A stretch of 43,111 bases of DNA from Verrucomicrobiia bacterium (lineage in GTDB: Bacteria; Verrucomicrobiota; Verrucomicrobiia; Palsa-1439). Within the stretch, counting starts at the first letter, position 1; the number at the start of each line of letters is the position of its first letter. Where the stretch lies: NCBI GenBank assembly GCA_025056465.1, contig JANWVU010000002.1, forward strand, positions 293 to 43,403, given 5' to 3'. This document shows positions 17,992 through 27,967 of the stretch, in pieces. Under the pieces are notes generated by a model. It worked only from the letters and a program-made list of their open reading frames with translations. It was not told the DNA's origin and ran no database searches. The translations under genes and the position numbers were made by a program.

Positions 17992-18950
17992 TTGTCCTCA
18001 GCGCGGTTGCCGCGTTGGCTCTCTACGGATGCGGGCACCGCACCGAGCCGGTGGCCGACACGACCACAACGGTGTCAGTAGAGACCCTTACCGTGCACCT
18101 GCAAAGGACGCCCGAAATTTTTGAAGTTGTTGGCACCGTGCGACCCCGCGTGTCGGCCACCATTTCAGCAAAGGTGCTGGCCGCGGTTGAGGAGGTCGCG
18201 GTCAAAGCCGGTGACGTCGTAACCAATGGCCAGTTGCTGGCGCGCTTGGATGCCCGTGAGTTGGCGGCCGAGTTCGACCGGGCGCGTGCCGATTATGAAC
18301 GGATCAAGACGTTGGTTGAACAACAAGCCGCCGCACCGGCGGAATTGGACGCCGTATATGCACGCTACCTGGTTGCCCAAGCAGCCCTGAGCAACACACG
18401 GGTGGTCGCGCCTTTCGATGGCGTAATCGCCAGCAAGCTTTGTGATGTCGGGGATATGGCCGCTCCGAACAAACCTCTGTTTATCATCGAGCAAACCGAC
18501 CGCTACCGGCTGGAGGCGTTTGTGCCCGAACGGTACGCCGCCGCCGCTGCGATCGGAAAACACGTGCACGTCATTCCCGAGGTGACGGGCGAAAAGTGCC
18601 AGGGCGTAATCGGGGAATCGGAACCCACGGCGGACACGGCGAGCCGGAGTTTTCTCATCAAGATTGATCTCGACTGCCGGCAACCGGTCAAATCCGGTGG
18701 CTTTGGCCGTGCGCAGTTGATCATCGGCGAGCGGTTTGCGTTGTTCGTGCCGCGCGAGGCCATCCACGTGCACGGCCAGTTGATGTACGTGTTTGTCGCC
18801 GAGAACAACCGCGCGACGATGCGTCTGGTGAAGCTCGGTCAGGAATACCTTGGAGCAGTGGAGATTTTGTCGGGTGTAAATCCCGACGAGCGCGTCATCG
18901 TAAAAGCCGAGGGTGTGCTGCGTGACGGCGCGCCCATCCGAACGCTGTGA
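17976..18950 (+). CDS. RND efflux periplasmic adaptor (membrane fusion protein), lipoprotein, 324 aa
   Basis: ORF 17877..18950, trimmed to the ATG at 17976 ([19 protein letters not shown], signal peptide plus lipobox). Shows the biotinyl-lipoyl/hairpin pattern ([17 protein letters not shown]...[16 protein letters not shown]...VVAPFDGVI). Overlaps the DUF2892 gene by 16 nt. Confidence 0.9.
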   Translation: MRKPVVVLSAVAALALYGCGHRTEPVADTTTTVSVETLTVHLQRTPEIFEVVGTVRPRVSATISAKVLAAVEEVAVKAGDVVTNGQLLARLDARELAAEFDRARADYERIKTLVEQQAAAPAELDAVYARYLVAQAALSNTRVVAPFDGVIASKLCDVGDMAAPNKPLFIIEQTDRYRLEAFVPERYAAAAAIGKHVHVIPEVTGEKCQGVIGESEPTADTASRSFLIKIDLDCRQPVKSGGFGRAQLIIGERFALFVPREAIHVHGQLMYVFVAENNRATMRLVKLGQEYLGAVEILSGVNPDERVIVKAEGVLRDGAPIRTL

Positions 18951-21900
18951 ACTCCCCAGCGCATCCAACTGATAACTTGGCGGGGCGGATTGTCCGTTAT
19001 TTCATTGATTCGAAGCTGACCCCGCTGGTGGTGATTGCCTCGGTGCTGCTCGGGGTTGCGGCGGTCGTGTTACTGCCCCGCGAGGAAGAGCCCCAAATCA
19101 TCGTACCGATGATTGACGTGTTTGTGAGCTTTCCAGGCGCATCCGCCGAGGAGGTTGCCGAGCGGGTCACCAAGCCGATGGAAAAGCTACTATGGGAAAT
19201 CCCTGGCGTTGAGTACATCTACTCGACGTCGCGGCGGGACGGCGCGATGGCGATTGTGCGGTTCGAGGTCGGTCACAATGAAGAAGACGCCATTGTCCGA
19301 CTGAACCAGAAGATGTTCGCCAACTATGACCTGATCCCGCCGGGGGTCAGCCAACCACTTATCAAACCGCGTCGCATCGATGACGTGCCCATCCTAACCT
19401 TGACGCTACACAGTCGCCGCTACGACCATTACATGTTGCGGCGGCTGGCGGCGCAGTTAGACGATGTCATCAAGCAAACCCCGGATGTTTCGGCAACTAC
19501 GTTGATTGGCGGACTGCGCCGACAATGCCGGGTGCTGCTGGACGTGAATCGGTTGGCAGCCTACCGGATTGATCCTCTCCGCGTGGTTAAAATGTTACAG
19601 GCCGCCAACCAGCAAACGTCGGCTGGCAGCTTTGCCTCGCAAAATCAGGAGATCTTGGTGGATACGGGAGGCTTCCTGCGCGATGCCGACGATGTGGCCG
19701 CCGTGGTGCTCGGTGTCGCCAACGGGCGGCCGGTATACCTGCGAGACGTCGCCACCATCGTGGATGGACCAGAGGAACCTTCCCAATACGTGTTATTCGG
19801 ACGGGGTCGAGCGCACGCCCCGGGTCAGGAATCGGTTGCGACCGGTGAAGAGCCTGCCGTCACCATCGCCGTGGCCAAGCGCAAAGGCACAAACGCAATT
19901 CGCGTCGCCGACCAAGTCCTGAAACGCATTGAGGCCCTCAAAGGCGTGGTGATTCCCTCCGATGTCGAAATCACAATCACCCGCCACTACGGTCACACTG
20001 CTGCGGAAAAATCCAACGAGTTACTGCTGCACATGGGCATCGCGGTAATTGGGGTCAGCGTCTTGATCGGCGTCGTGCTTGGCTGGCGCGAGTCCGGTGT
20101 GGTGGCCGTGGCCATCCCGGTCACACTCGCGCTGACATTGGCAACATTCTACTTTTTCGGGTTCACGCTGAATCGCATCACGTTGTTCGCGCTGATTTTC
20201 TCGATCGGTATCCTCGTGGATGACCCCATTGTGGATGTCGAAAACATCGTGCGCCATTTTCGATTGCCGCAGAATAAAGGACGTCCTCTTTTGGAGGTCA
20301 CCATCGAAGCCGTCAACGAAGTGCGTTCGCCGTTGATCTTGGCCACGTTGACGGTGATTGCGGCGATTTTGCCGATGGCATTTGTGCGCGGATTGATGGG
20401 GCCGTACATGCGACCAATCCCCATTGGAGCCAGCGCGGCGATGATCTTCTCGATGATCGTGGCGTTTGTGGTCACCCCATGGGCCGCCTATCGGATTTTG
20501 CGCGGTCAGGCAGGCCGTCACGATCATCATGGCGAGCAAGAGGACTGGACCACGCGCCTGTATCGGCGAGTGATGGCGCCGTTGATTCACCATCCGCTTT
20601 GGCAAGCTGCGTTTTTGGTGGGCATCACGGTGTTGCTCATTGGCTCGATAGCACTGGTGTATTTCAAGGCGGTTCGCGTGAAGATGTTGCCCTTCGATAA
20701 CAAAAGCGAGTTCCAAATTATTGTCGACATGGATGAGGGCACGACGCTCGAACACACCGCCCGCGTGGCGCGAGAAATCGCGGCGGTGGTGGCGGCCGAA
20801 CCGGAGGTGACGGACTACCAGATATACGTTGGCACCGCCGCGCCGTTTAATTTCAACGGATTGGTGCGCCACTACTTCTTACGGCAGGGGTCGAACGTTG
20901 CGGACATTCAGGTCAATCTTTTGCCAAGACATGAACGGCGGGCACAAAGCCATGAGATAGCCAAGCGAGTCCGACCGGCCGTGCAAGCGGTCGCCAACCG
21001 GTATCACGCACGGGTAAAAATCGCGGAGGTGCCACCGGGCCCCCCAGTATTACAAACCTTGGTCGCGGAGGTTTACGGACCCAACCGGTTTGAAAATGCG
21101 GCCAAGATCAAAGACCTCTTCCAGCGCACGGAGGGCGTGGTGGATGTGGACTGGTATGTTGAGGCGCCCCAGCAAAAAATTGTGTTGCAGATCGATCACG
21201 AGAAAGCCGCCCTCCACAACATCCAAGCCGCCGACATTGCACAGGTTGTGGCCATCGCGCTTGGAGGCCAGCCGGTGGGATTGATCCACCAACCGCAGGA
21301 GAAAGAAGACGTACGCATCGTCGTGCAGCTTCCGGTCGAGCAACGGTCACGTTTGACAGGATTAATGCAACTGCATGTGGGCGGCGTACCGTTGAGTGAG
21401 TTGGTTCGCGAACATAACACCGTGCGCGACCGCAGCATTTATCACAAAAATCTGCTGCCGGTTACCTATGTGACCGCCGACGTCGCCGGCAGGGAGGAAA
21501 GTCCCGTTTACGCGATTTTGAAGTTGAATCAAGCAATCGCCGAGATGGGTCTCGACATCTATTTCACACGCCAACCGGATTCTCTCGACCGCCCGTCCAT
21601 CAAGTGGGATGGCGAGTGGCACATCACCTACGAGGTGTTTCGCGATCTGGGATTGGCGTTCGCCGCCGTGCTGGTTCTGATTTATGTGCTGGTCGTAGGG
21701 TGGTTTCGTTCATTCCAAACACCGTTTATCATCATGGCAGCGATTCCCTTTTCCCTCGTCGGTATCCTACCGGCTCATTGGGCCATGGACGCGTTTTTCA
21801 CGGCAACTAGCATGATTGGATTTATCGCCGGCGCCGGGATCGTTGTGCGCAACTCGATCATCTTGGTGGACTTCATTGAGCTGCGCCTCGCCGAGGGAAT

Positions 21901-22129
21901 GTCGCTGGCGGATGCGGTCGTGGATGCTGGCGCGGTGCGGTTCCGTCCGATGATGTTGACCGCCGCGGCGGTGGTGGTCGGCGCCAGCGTGATTCTGTTC
22001 GATCCAATCTTTCAGGGTCTGGCCATCTCGTTGATGGCCGGTGAGATTGCTTCCCTGCTGCTGAGCCGATTGGCCGTGCCGGTAATCTACTACTTGGCCA
22101 ACCGCCACCGCTACGCCGCAACTTCGTGA
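18947..22129 (+). CDS. RND efflux transporter permease (AcrB/CzcA superfamily), 1060 aa
   Basis: The GTG at 18947 overlaps the adaptor stop (GTGA). Typical 12-TM, two-large-loop organisation, with [33 protein letters not shown] near the N-terminus, [22 protein letters not shown] in TM4, and [20 protein letters not shown] in the second half. Confidence 0.94.
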   Translation: MNSPAHPTDNLAGRIVRYFIDSKLTPLVVIASVLLGVAAVVLLPREEEPQIIVPMIDVFVSFPGASAEEVAERVTKPMEKLLWEIPGVEYIYSTSRRDGAMAIVRFEVGHNEEDAIVRLNQKMFANYDLIPPGVSQPLIKPRRIDDVPILTLTLHSRRYDHYMLRRLAAQLDDVIKQTPDVSATTLIGGLRRQCRVLLDVNRLAAYRIDPLRVVKMLQAANQQTSAGSFASQNQEILVDTGGFLRDADDVAAVVLGVANGRPVYLRDVATIVDGPEEPSQYVLFGRGRAHAPGQESVATGEEPAVTIAVAKRKGTNAIRVADQVLKRIEALKGVVIPSDVEITITRHYGHTAAEKSNELLLHMGIAVIGVSVLIGVVLGWRESGVVAVAIPVTLALTLATFYFFGFTLNRITLFALIFSIGILVDDPIVDVENIVRHFRLPQNKGRPLLEVTIEAVNEVRSPLILATLTVIAAILPMAFVRGLMGPYMRPIPIGASAAMIFSMIVAFVVTPWAAYRILRGQAGRHDHHGEQEDWTTRLYRRVMAPLIHHPLWQAAFLVGITVLLIGSIALVYFKAVRVKMLPFDNKSEFQIIVDMDEGTTLEHTARVAREIAAVVAAEPEVTDYQIYVGTAAPFNFNGLVRHYFLRQGSNVADIQVNLLPRHERRAQSHEIAKRVRPAVQAVANRYHARVKIAEVPPGPPVLQTLVAEVYGPNRFENAAKIKDLFQRTEGVVDVDWYVEAPQQKIVLQIDHEKAALHNIQAADIAQVVAIALGGQPVGLIHQPQEKEDVRIVVQLPVEQRSRLTGLMQLHVGGVPLSELVREHNTVRDRSIYHKNLLPVTYVTADVAGREESPVYAILKLNQAIAEMGLDIYFTRQPDSLDRPSIKWDGEWHITYEVFRDLGLAFAAVLVLIYVLVVGWFRSFQTPFIIMAAIPFSLVGILPAHWAMDAFFTATSMIGFIAGAGIVVRNSIILVDFIELRLAEGMSLADAVVDAGAVRFRPMMLTAAAVVVGASVILFDPIFQGLAISLMAGEIASLLLSRLAVPVIYYLANRHRYAATS

Positions 22130-22136
22130 GCCGGCC

Positions 22137-23156
22137 TTATTCGAGGACATCGCGGACAGGCCGCCGGGGCGTGGGACGACCTTCCGGCGCATACCCAAAT
22201 CGCAACAATAATTGCGGCAGCCCGGGCCGGCGAAGGATTTGGGCCAGACGTTGCCGAAACGGCGCAACCTCTATCGCCTGGTTGTGGTAAGCGGCACTCA
22301 ACCCGTGTACACGCGCCTGCAACAACGCGGCCTGCAGTGCTTGGCCGGTAACCAGCCAATCCACAATCGTATCCGCCATCGTTCCAATCACCGCTACGAC
22401 AGGTCCCGACCGGATCAGCCGCGCATCGCGTTGACTCCAGCGCTTACCGATATCGGACAATCGAACTAGCACCGGAGCGATCGCGGCGACGAGATTGCCT
22501 AAGCCCAAAGCGTAGCCCGGCATGCCATCGTGAGCGCCACCATAATTGGGCCGCAACCAATCTGCTAACTCACGCCGGTAGTCCGCGTTGCCCATCAACA
22601 ACAGATCTGCTTCCGCAACCAAACCGGCAATCGCATTGAGTTGTTCGGCTGTGGTGACCGCGAACCACCACGCGCCCTCGGTCTCAGCCGCCTCACGCAT
22701 TGCTTCCACCGACGCCGCAAACACCGTTTGCGCGAAAAACTCACCCCGGTGCGTGCGGCGCCGCGTGATCGCCTTAAACACACGATCATCAGCAATCGGA
22801 GGGGGCGACTCGCGGGGGCCGAGCGTAACACGCGCCAGCAATCCCGGCTGGGCTGGATCGGGGAGCAGTTCGACGACCGGGCTGTAGCGAAAGTGACGCA
22901 GCGCGACGCGCAAGTTGTAGAGGGCCGCGCCGCAACTGATGACCAACTCCCTGCGATGTGGATCGGCAACCGGCAAGGCACGCCGTGTATCGGCAAGCAT
23001 CTCGAGTTGGTCGCCGTCGAGACGAAACTTCCAAGGCTGGGTGTTGCGAATCGAGGGTGCGAGCACGGCATAATTCAGCAGGTACATCCAGACAGCGCGG
23101 GACGTGGGCGGTTGCGGGAAATCCGCCTCACGCACCTGCCACGGATCGTCGTGCAT
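22137..23156 (-). CDS. Acg-type nitroreductase-family FMN protein, 339 aa
   Basis: LLNYAVLAPSIRNTQPWKFRLDGDQLEMLADTRRALPVADPHRRELVISCGAAL resembles the tandem nitroreductase-fold Acg family. Convergent with the RND gene, with only 7 nt between the two stops. Confidence 0.78.
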   Translation of the reverse strand: MHDDPWQVREADFPQPPTSRAVWMYLLNYAVLAPSIRNTQPWKFRLDGDQLEMLADTRRALPVADPHRRELVISCGAALYNLRVALRHFRYSPVVELLPDPAQPGLLARVTLGPRESPPPIADDRVFKAITRRRTHRGEFFAQTVFAASVEAMREAAETEGAWWFAVTTAEQLNAIAGLVAEADLLLMGNADYRRELADWLRPNYGGAHDGMPGYALGLGNLVAAIAPVLVRLSDIGKRWSQRDARLIRSGPVVAVIGTMADTIVDWLVTGQALQAALLQARVHGLSAAYHNQAIEVAPFRQRLAQILRRPGLPQLLLRFGYAPEGRPTPRRPVRDVLE

Positions 23157-23224
23157 GATTTTTCCTCACCAACCACCTTGCCGGGAGACTGGCCTGCCGG
23201 GGTGCGGTCGGACGCCGGCAGTCC

Positions 23225-24949
23225 CTACACTTCCAAGACCGACACCTTGTGAAGCGCCAGCGACATCGGCACCAAAATCATCAGCAGGCTAAGCAACGAA
23301 ACGAACAGCCAAGCAACGACGATGTTCAAGGTGAGGTTGCCGCCCCAACTGAAGTAAATCGGTACCGCTTCCGCCGCAATCACCAACGCGATGTAAACCA
23401 TGCTGACTACGAAGCAAAATGTGCCGCCGAACCCCGAAACGATTTTGGCGGGGTTGTCGTACCGGTTGGCCGTTGAACCGCTGCCGAGGTTCGGAAACAG
23501 CGCGCCAATGCCCACGGCAATGCCACATAAACCCAAACTCACCAGCACAGCCGTTGCGCAGAATAAAATGGTCATCCAACCCGGCAGTTGCAGCATCCAG
23601 CTCGACAAGCAGGTCAGCGAAAACGTGATGCATACTGACCACGCGCTGCTCAGCCAAAACTTTTCTAACACCACCCGTTTCAACCCGTAGGGCACCAGCC
23701 CAACGATCCAAAGGCGTCGAATTTCGAGGCTGAATTGCGGGTACACAAACCGTGTTGTCAGCGTCGCGAGTGTCATGCTCGACGCGCCGAGGTTCAAGAA
23801 CGCGACAAAACCCGCCCAATGCTGGTTGTTCCAGTCATAAGAGACATTGCGCAGATTGATCACATACAGGCCGAGCAACCCGAAGAAGATCACAAACTGG
23901 CTCCACTGCGATGTATCGCGCCAAAACACGCGCATATCTTTGATCATCAGCGCGCGGGTGGCAGGGTGCAAACCGGGCCACAGGCTCATCAAACGCTCCA
24001 GCCAGGTGCAGTTACTATCCCCGAGCAGATTTCGGTGAAAAACCTGACCCGGGGTACCGATGGTGCCCTGGCTTTTGTTGCGTGACCAGCTTTCGTAAAA
24101 AAGTCGCTGACTGACCACCGAGCAAACCAGCAACACCATCATCGCGTTGCTGACCAACAACAGAAAGAAAAACAACCCACGCCCGCTCCAACCTTCACCC
24201 CACGCAATCATTCCGGTTGCCATCCAGTAACTGGGTAACAACGGTTGCAAGGCGATCCGGCTGTTGGCGAGCAACTGATTCAAGGATTGCACCAACTCGG
24301 TCTGTTGAAGCTGCGCCGCGTCTACCGGCCGTAGGTACCAACCGGCGAAAATGACGAGCACCGTTCCAAGCGTGAACAATCCCCATTTGAAGTATTGCCG
24401 ATGCAAAAACCGCGTCAGCGCCAACACCACCAACAAGCCCAATCCACCCGGTATGATGATGAACGGCACGAACAGCAGCAGTGCCTTCAAATAAAACGCC
24501 GGTGCCGCGTCACGCACCACCCCGTAGGCCGCCACAAACGGGGCCGCCAAAAACAGAAACGCCCAACTGGCGAGAAAAACGGTTTCGACGGTTTTCCAGC
24601 GGAACACATCTGCGTATCGAATGGGCATGGTTAACAACCAGCCCGTTTCCGGGCTTTTGAACAACGTGGAGTACCCGATGACCACGTTGGAGAAAAACAA
24701 CATGACCAGTAGGAACGCAAAAAACAGATACAGCATGCGGTCCATCAAGACTTCGCCCAGACCCGGTACCCGAAGGAGATACCCAAACCCGGACCGGAAC
24801 AACACGTACGCCGCAATCCAATAGCCCACCACGAAAATGCCGATGACAAACAGCATCAATCGTGATTGATCGCGTAGCGACTGAATGCGGCGCTGGCTCA
24901 TCCGCCCGTAAAGCGCCAACAGCAAACCCAAAACTCGTGACGCGCTCAT
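23225..24949 (-). CDS. Multi-pass membrane permease of an ABC exporter, 574 aa
   Basis: Hydrophobic helices run along the whole length (for example LMLFVIGIFVVGYWIAAYVLF, LYLFFAFLLVMLFFSNVVIGY, LLLFVPFIIIPGGLGLLVVLAL, TFCFVVSMVYIALVIAAEAV). The ATG forms an ATGA overlap with the stop of the upstream ATPase (24946-24949). No specific family motif was recognised. Confidence 0.75.
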   Translation of the reverse strand: MSASRVLGLLLALYGRMSQRRIQSLRDQSRLMLFVIGIFVVGYWIAAYVLFRSGFGYLLRVPGLGEVLMDRMLYLFFAFLLVMLFFSNVVIGYSTLFKSPETGWLLTMPIRYADVFRWKTVETVFLASWAFLFLAAPFVAAYGVVRDAAPAFYLKALLLFVPFIIIPGGLGLLVVLALTRFLHRQYFKWGLFTLGTVLVIFAGWYLRPVDAAQLQQTELVQSLNQLLANSRIALQPLLPSYWMATGMIAWGEGWSGRGLFFFLLLVSNAMMVLLVCSVVSQRLFYESWSRNKSQGTIGTPGQVFHRNLLGDSNCTWLERLMSLWPGLHPATRALMIKDMRVFWRDTSQWSQFVIFFGLLGLYVINLRNVSYDWNNQHWAGFVAFLNLGASSMTLATLTTRFVYPQFSLEIRRLWIVGLVPYGLKRVVLEKFWLSSAWSVCITFSLTCLSSWMLQLPGWMTILFCATAVLVSLGLCGIAVGIGALFPNLGSGSTANRYDNPAKIVSGFGGTFCFVVSMVYIALVIAAEAVPIYFSWGGNLTLNIVVAWLFVSLLSLLMILVPMSLALHKVSVLEV

Positions 24950-25698
24950 GCCTCTGGCGCGGGCACGCCCTCTTCCTCTTCTGCACGTGTGAGCGTCAGG
25001 AACGCATCTTCCAACGCGCCCATCACTCCGCTGGCCACGCGCAGCTCTTCCATCGTTCCTACGGCGATCAGCCGACCGTTGTTCAGAATGCCAATTCGGT
25101 CGGCCAACTCCTCGGCGATGTGCAAAATGTGAGTGGAGAGAAACACCGTCATGCCGTTGCGCGAGCGTTCTTTCAGCACATCCTTGACGACCCGCGCGCT
25201 GCGGGGGTCCAGCCCTACCATCGGTTCATCAATGATGAAGACTTTCGGGTCGTGGAGTAACGCCGAGGCAATCACAAGCCGTTGCCGTGTGCCATGCGAC
25301 AACGTTTCAATTTGATCATGCGCATGCTCGCCGAGCGAAAACAGTTCAAACAGTTCCTCAATGCCTCGCTCGATACGCGCGCGGTCCATCCCGTACAACT
25401 CGCCTACAAACCGTAAAAACTCGCGCGGCGTCAGCTTGTCATACAGAAACGGCATGTCCGGCACATACGCCAGCAACCGTCGCGCCTCGATGGGGTGTTG
25501 CTGAATATCAAAACCGCCAATGAACGCCCGGCCTGCCGTGGGCTTGAGCAACCCCGTCAACAATTTGATCGTTGTGGTCTTGCCGGCGCCGTTGGGGCCG
25601 AGAAAAGCGAAAAATTCGCCCGTGCCAATTTCCAGATTGAGATCGTCTACGGCGCGAAAGTTGCCAAAGTCTTTCGTCAGATGTTCGGTGCGGATCAC
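24946..25698 (-). CDS. ABC transporter ATP-binding protein (ABC-2/DrrA-like), 250 aa
   Basis: ORF 24946..25800, trimmed to the GTG at 25698 (VIRTEHLTKDFG...), which forms a GTGA overlap with the upstream stop (25695-25698). Motifs: GPNGAGKTT, LSHGTRQRLVIASALL, FIIDEPMVGLD, LSTHIL. Confidence 0.92.
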   Translation of the reverse strand: MIRTEHLTKDFGNFRAVDDLNLEIGTGEFFAFLGPNGAGKTTTIKLLTGLLKPTAGRAFIGGFDIQQHPIEARRLLAYVPDMPFLYDKLTPREFLRFVGELYGMDRARIERGIEELFELFSLGEHAHDQIETLSHGTRQRLVIASALLHDPKVFIIDEPMVGLDPRSARVVKDVLKERSRNGMTVFLSTHILHIAEELADRIGILNNGRLIAVGTMEELRVASGVMGALEDAFLTLTRAEEEEGVPAPEA

Positions 25699-26495
25699 AG
25701 TCGGTCGCTGAGCAGCAACGGCTCTTGTTGCATCGTGAGGCCAAGCGAGGTCTCTACTTTGAGCAATTCGCCCCGCAAGCTGACCCACATTTTCGCCCAC
25801 AAGCTGTCGTCAATCCGGTAATCCACAAGATACGTTTTCAGTCTCGTGTCCCCCACCGGTAAGTCGGAAAGGTAGCAACGGGTGCTGGCGTTCAGGCCGG
25901 CCACCACGCCGCTGGCGCCGCCGCCCAACAAGCCCAATCCGCTCATGCCCGGTAGCCCCATCGCACCGGCAATCCCGCTGCCCACAAATCGGTCGAACTC
26001 GAACTCGCGCCGTTCCCGGTAGTTGGCAAACTCAAAATCCACCACTAACCGGTTGCTGGCTTTGTCGCCCTGCACCTCGACCACACCTTCCGCAAACGTG
26101 GTTCGTAACCGCAGGGTCTGCAATTCGTATTGCGGGTCGAACCGGCTCTGACTGACCACGCGCAGACGGTTGGATTTGTTGCTGCCAGGTAATAGAAAAT
26201 TTAATTCGCTCTGAACCTGGTAGCCTTCCACTGTGCCACCGGTTCTGTCCGCGCCCCGTGCCTCGCCGCCTTCGTGGATCGGAGTGAAATCCACCTTGAA
26301 GAAACCAAGCGACTGACCCCGATAATTGACGGATAAACCGGGACTTTCGGTGTTGTTAAACATCTTTCGCAACACCAATTCCAGTGGCACTTCGCTAACG
26401 CCTGTCGGGTGCGGGAAAAATTCCGTTCGCACCAGCGTCAACATCATCCCCGCCCAGAAAACCACCACAAAACCCGAAGCGAACCTGCCTATCAT
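25695..26495 (-). CDS. Hypothetical membrane-anchored protein, 266 aa
   Basis: ORF 25695..26585, trimmed to the ATG at 26495 (MIGRFASGFVVVFWAGMMLTLV, one N-terminal TM), 5 nt after the upstream stop. The remainder looks beta-rich, with a Gly-rich patch (GSGIAGAMGLPGMSGLGLLGGGASGVVAG). No recognisable family. Confidence 0.6.
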   Translation of the reverse strand: MIGRFASGFVVVFWAGMMLTLVRTEFFPHPTGVSEVPLELVLRKMFNNTESPGLSVNYRGQSLGFFKVDFTPIHEGGEARGADRTGGTVEGYQVQSELNFLLPGSNKSNRLRVVSQSRFDPQYELQTLRLRTTFAEGVVEVQGDKASNRLVVDFEFANYRERREFEFDRFVGSGIAGAMGLPGMSGLGLLGGGASGVVAGLNASTRCYLSDLPVGDTRLKTYLVDYRIDDSLWAKMWVSLRGELLKVETSLGLTMQQEPLLLSDRL

Positions 26496-26500
26496 GTGCC

Positions 26501-27265
26501 CTAGGGAATAATCAGTTGTTGCCCGATTTTGAGGTCGTCTTTGCTCGCCAAATGATGACGGTTGGCGGCGTAGATTTTGGTCCACTCAGACCTCGACCCA
26601 TAATAACGCAAGGCGAGCGACTGCAAGGTGTCACGAGGTTGAACCGTGTGGATGCGCGGACTACCGGCTTCGGGAATAGTTGCCGCCGATGCGACAGGTG
26701 GCGAGACGGGACGTGGCAGTTGCTCCACGACCGGCACGGTTCGCGCCAATGCCGACACATCCGCCAACTGGCGTTCCAACTCCAGCACCCGCGCCTGCAA
26801 CGCGGCATTTTGCTCCAGTAACACTGCCTTCTCGGTCTGCCACGCAGCGGGAGGCGCGTTCGGCACCACGGGTCCTAGCTTCGTAAGCAGGTTGAGCTTC
26901 GCTCGCTCAATGAAATCTTCCACAAGGGCGCGTTTGGGTGAGTCAGGACGCAGCTCCAAGAAACAGCGGTAATGATAAATTGCCGCAATCGGATCCCCCA
27001 ATTTATCATCGTACAACAATCCCAACTCCAAGTGCGCGCCGGCGAGATCCGGGTTGACGCGCAAGGCTTTGCGGTAAAGCTCGGCGGCAGCCGCGAAGTT
27101 TCGGTTCTGAATCGCCTCTTTCGCCCTACGCGCGTATGGATTTTGCGCAAGCTCGGTGTTGGCCGTCTCGCCAACTTGGTAGCATCCGATGACCAAAATC
27201 GCCGACGTCAGAATCAAACTAGCTAACAACCTTACGAGGAAGCAGTTGTCAGAGTTCTGTTTCAC
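26501..27265 (-). CDS. Lipoprotein with TPR repeats, a coiled-coil segment and a C-terminal LysM domain, 254 aa
   Basis: Signal peptide plus lipobox (LTSAILVIGC). TPR-like AAAELYRKALRVNPDLAGAHLELGLLY...YHYRCFLELRPDS. Heptad-like LLEQNAALQARVLELERQLADV. LysM at HTVQPRDTLQSLALRYYGSRSEWTKIYAANRHHLASKDDLKIGQQLIIP. Confidence 0.8.
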   Translation of the reverse strand: MKQNSDNCFLVRLLASLILTSAILVIGCYQVGETANTELAQNPYARRAKEAIQNRNFAAAAELYRKALRVNPDLAGAHLELGLLYDDKLGDPIAAIYHYRCFLELRPDSPKRALVEDFIERAKLNLLTKLGPVVPNAPPAAWQTEKAVLLEQNAALQARVLELERQLADVSALARTVPVVEQLPRPVSPPVASAATIPEAGSPRIHTVQPRDTLQSLALRYYGSRSEWTKIYAANRHHLASKDDLKIGQQLIIP

Positions 27266-27371
27266 GGCTGCTTTGACCAGCAGACTATCACAGCGCCCCC
27301 AAAAAACAAGCGCGGCAGCCCACCGAATTCGGCCCGTCCCACCCCGAGTGCCGCGATTTGCGAGCTCGGGG

Positions 27372-27932
27372 CTATACGGTCAGAATCTCTTTCTCCTTGT
27401 GCGCCAGTGTGGTGTCGATCTCCCCAATATACTCGTCGGTTTTTTCCTGAATCTTTTTTTCCACCTGACGCAATTCGTCTTCCGTTATCTTGCCCTCTTT
27501 CTGAAGCTTCTTGACCTGCTCCATCGCATGCCGTCGCTCGTTACGCACCGCAATCCGCCCATCCTCCGCCAACTTTTTACACACCCGGTCGAGTTCCCGC
27601 CGCCGCTCTTGGTCCAGAGGCGGAATGGGAATGCGAATGATTTTCCCATCAACCACCGGGTTGATTCCGAGGTCTGATTTCTGGATCGCGTGTGCCACTG
27701 CTTGCACCAACGACGCATCCCACGGTTGAATCACGATCAACCGCGGCTCGGGCGTGGAAATACCGGCTAACTCCCGTAAGCGCATCGTTGCCCCATAAGC
27801 CTCCACCGGGATGTTTTCCACCAACGAGGTCGAAGCCTTGCCGGTGCGCACCGTGGCAAACTCACGGTGCACCACCTCCAACGTCTTCATCATTTTTTCT
27901 TCCATCTCATCGAGGACTTGTTGCACCGTCAT
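27372..27932 (-). CDS. frr: Ribosome recycling factor
   Basis: ORF 27372..27968, trimmed to the ATG at 27932, so the N-terminus aligns residue-for-residue with E. coli Frr up to the RTGKAS motif (MTVQQVLDEMEEKMMKTLEVVHREFATVRTGKAS). Also IRIPIPPLDQERRREL. Confidence 0.94.
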   Translation of the reverse strand: MTVQQVLDEMEEKMMKTLEVVHREFATVRTGKASTSLVENIPVEAYGATMRLRELAGISTPEPRLIVIQPWDASLVQAVAHAIQKSDLGINPVVDGKIIRIPIPPLDQERRRELDRVCKKLAEDGRIAVRNERRHAMEQVKKLQKEGKITEDELRQVEKKIQEKTDEYIGEIDTTLAHKEKEILTV

Positions 27933-27967
27933 AACGGCCAGATTAGAAATTGAGCCCGGCAAAGTCA

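Noticed and set aside
18165-20872. Long minus-strand ORFs 18165..18968 and 20021..20872, antisense to the RND adaptor and pump
   Set aside because: They are GC-rich antisense shadows with Arg/His/Gln-rich, low-complexity translations. The plus-strand genes have strong family signatures.
22130-22136. Only 7 nt separate the convergent stops of the RND pump and the Acg-type gene
   Set aside because: I looked for a bidirectional terminator here. There is no room for one, and only a short gccggc palindrome is present. Nothing further can be concluded.
27266-27371. Possible frr terminator (7-bp stem ccccgag/ctcgggg, an EcoRI-site palindrome ccgaattcgg, and a T6 run on the minus strand)
   Set aside because: The stem with good pairing is not followed by the T-run, and the T-run is not preceded by a convincing stem. 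frr may read through into the downstream lipoprotein/ABC module.
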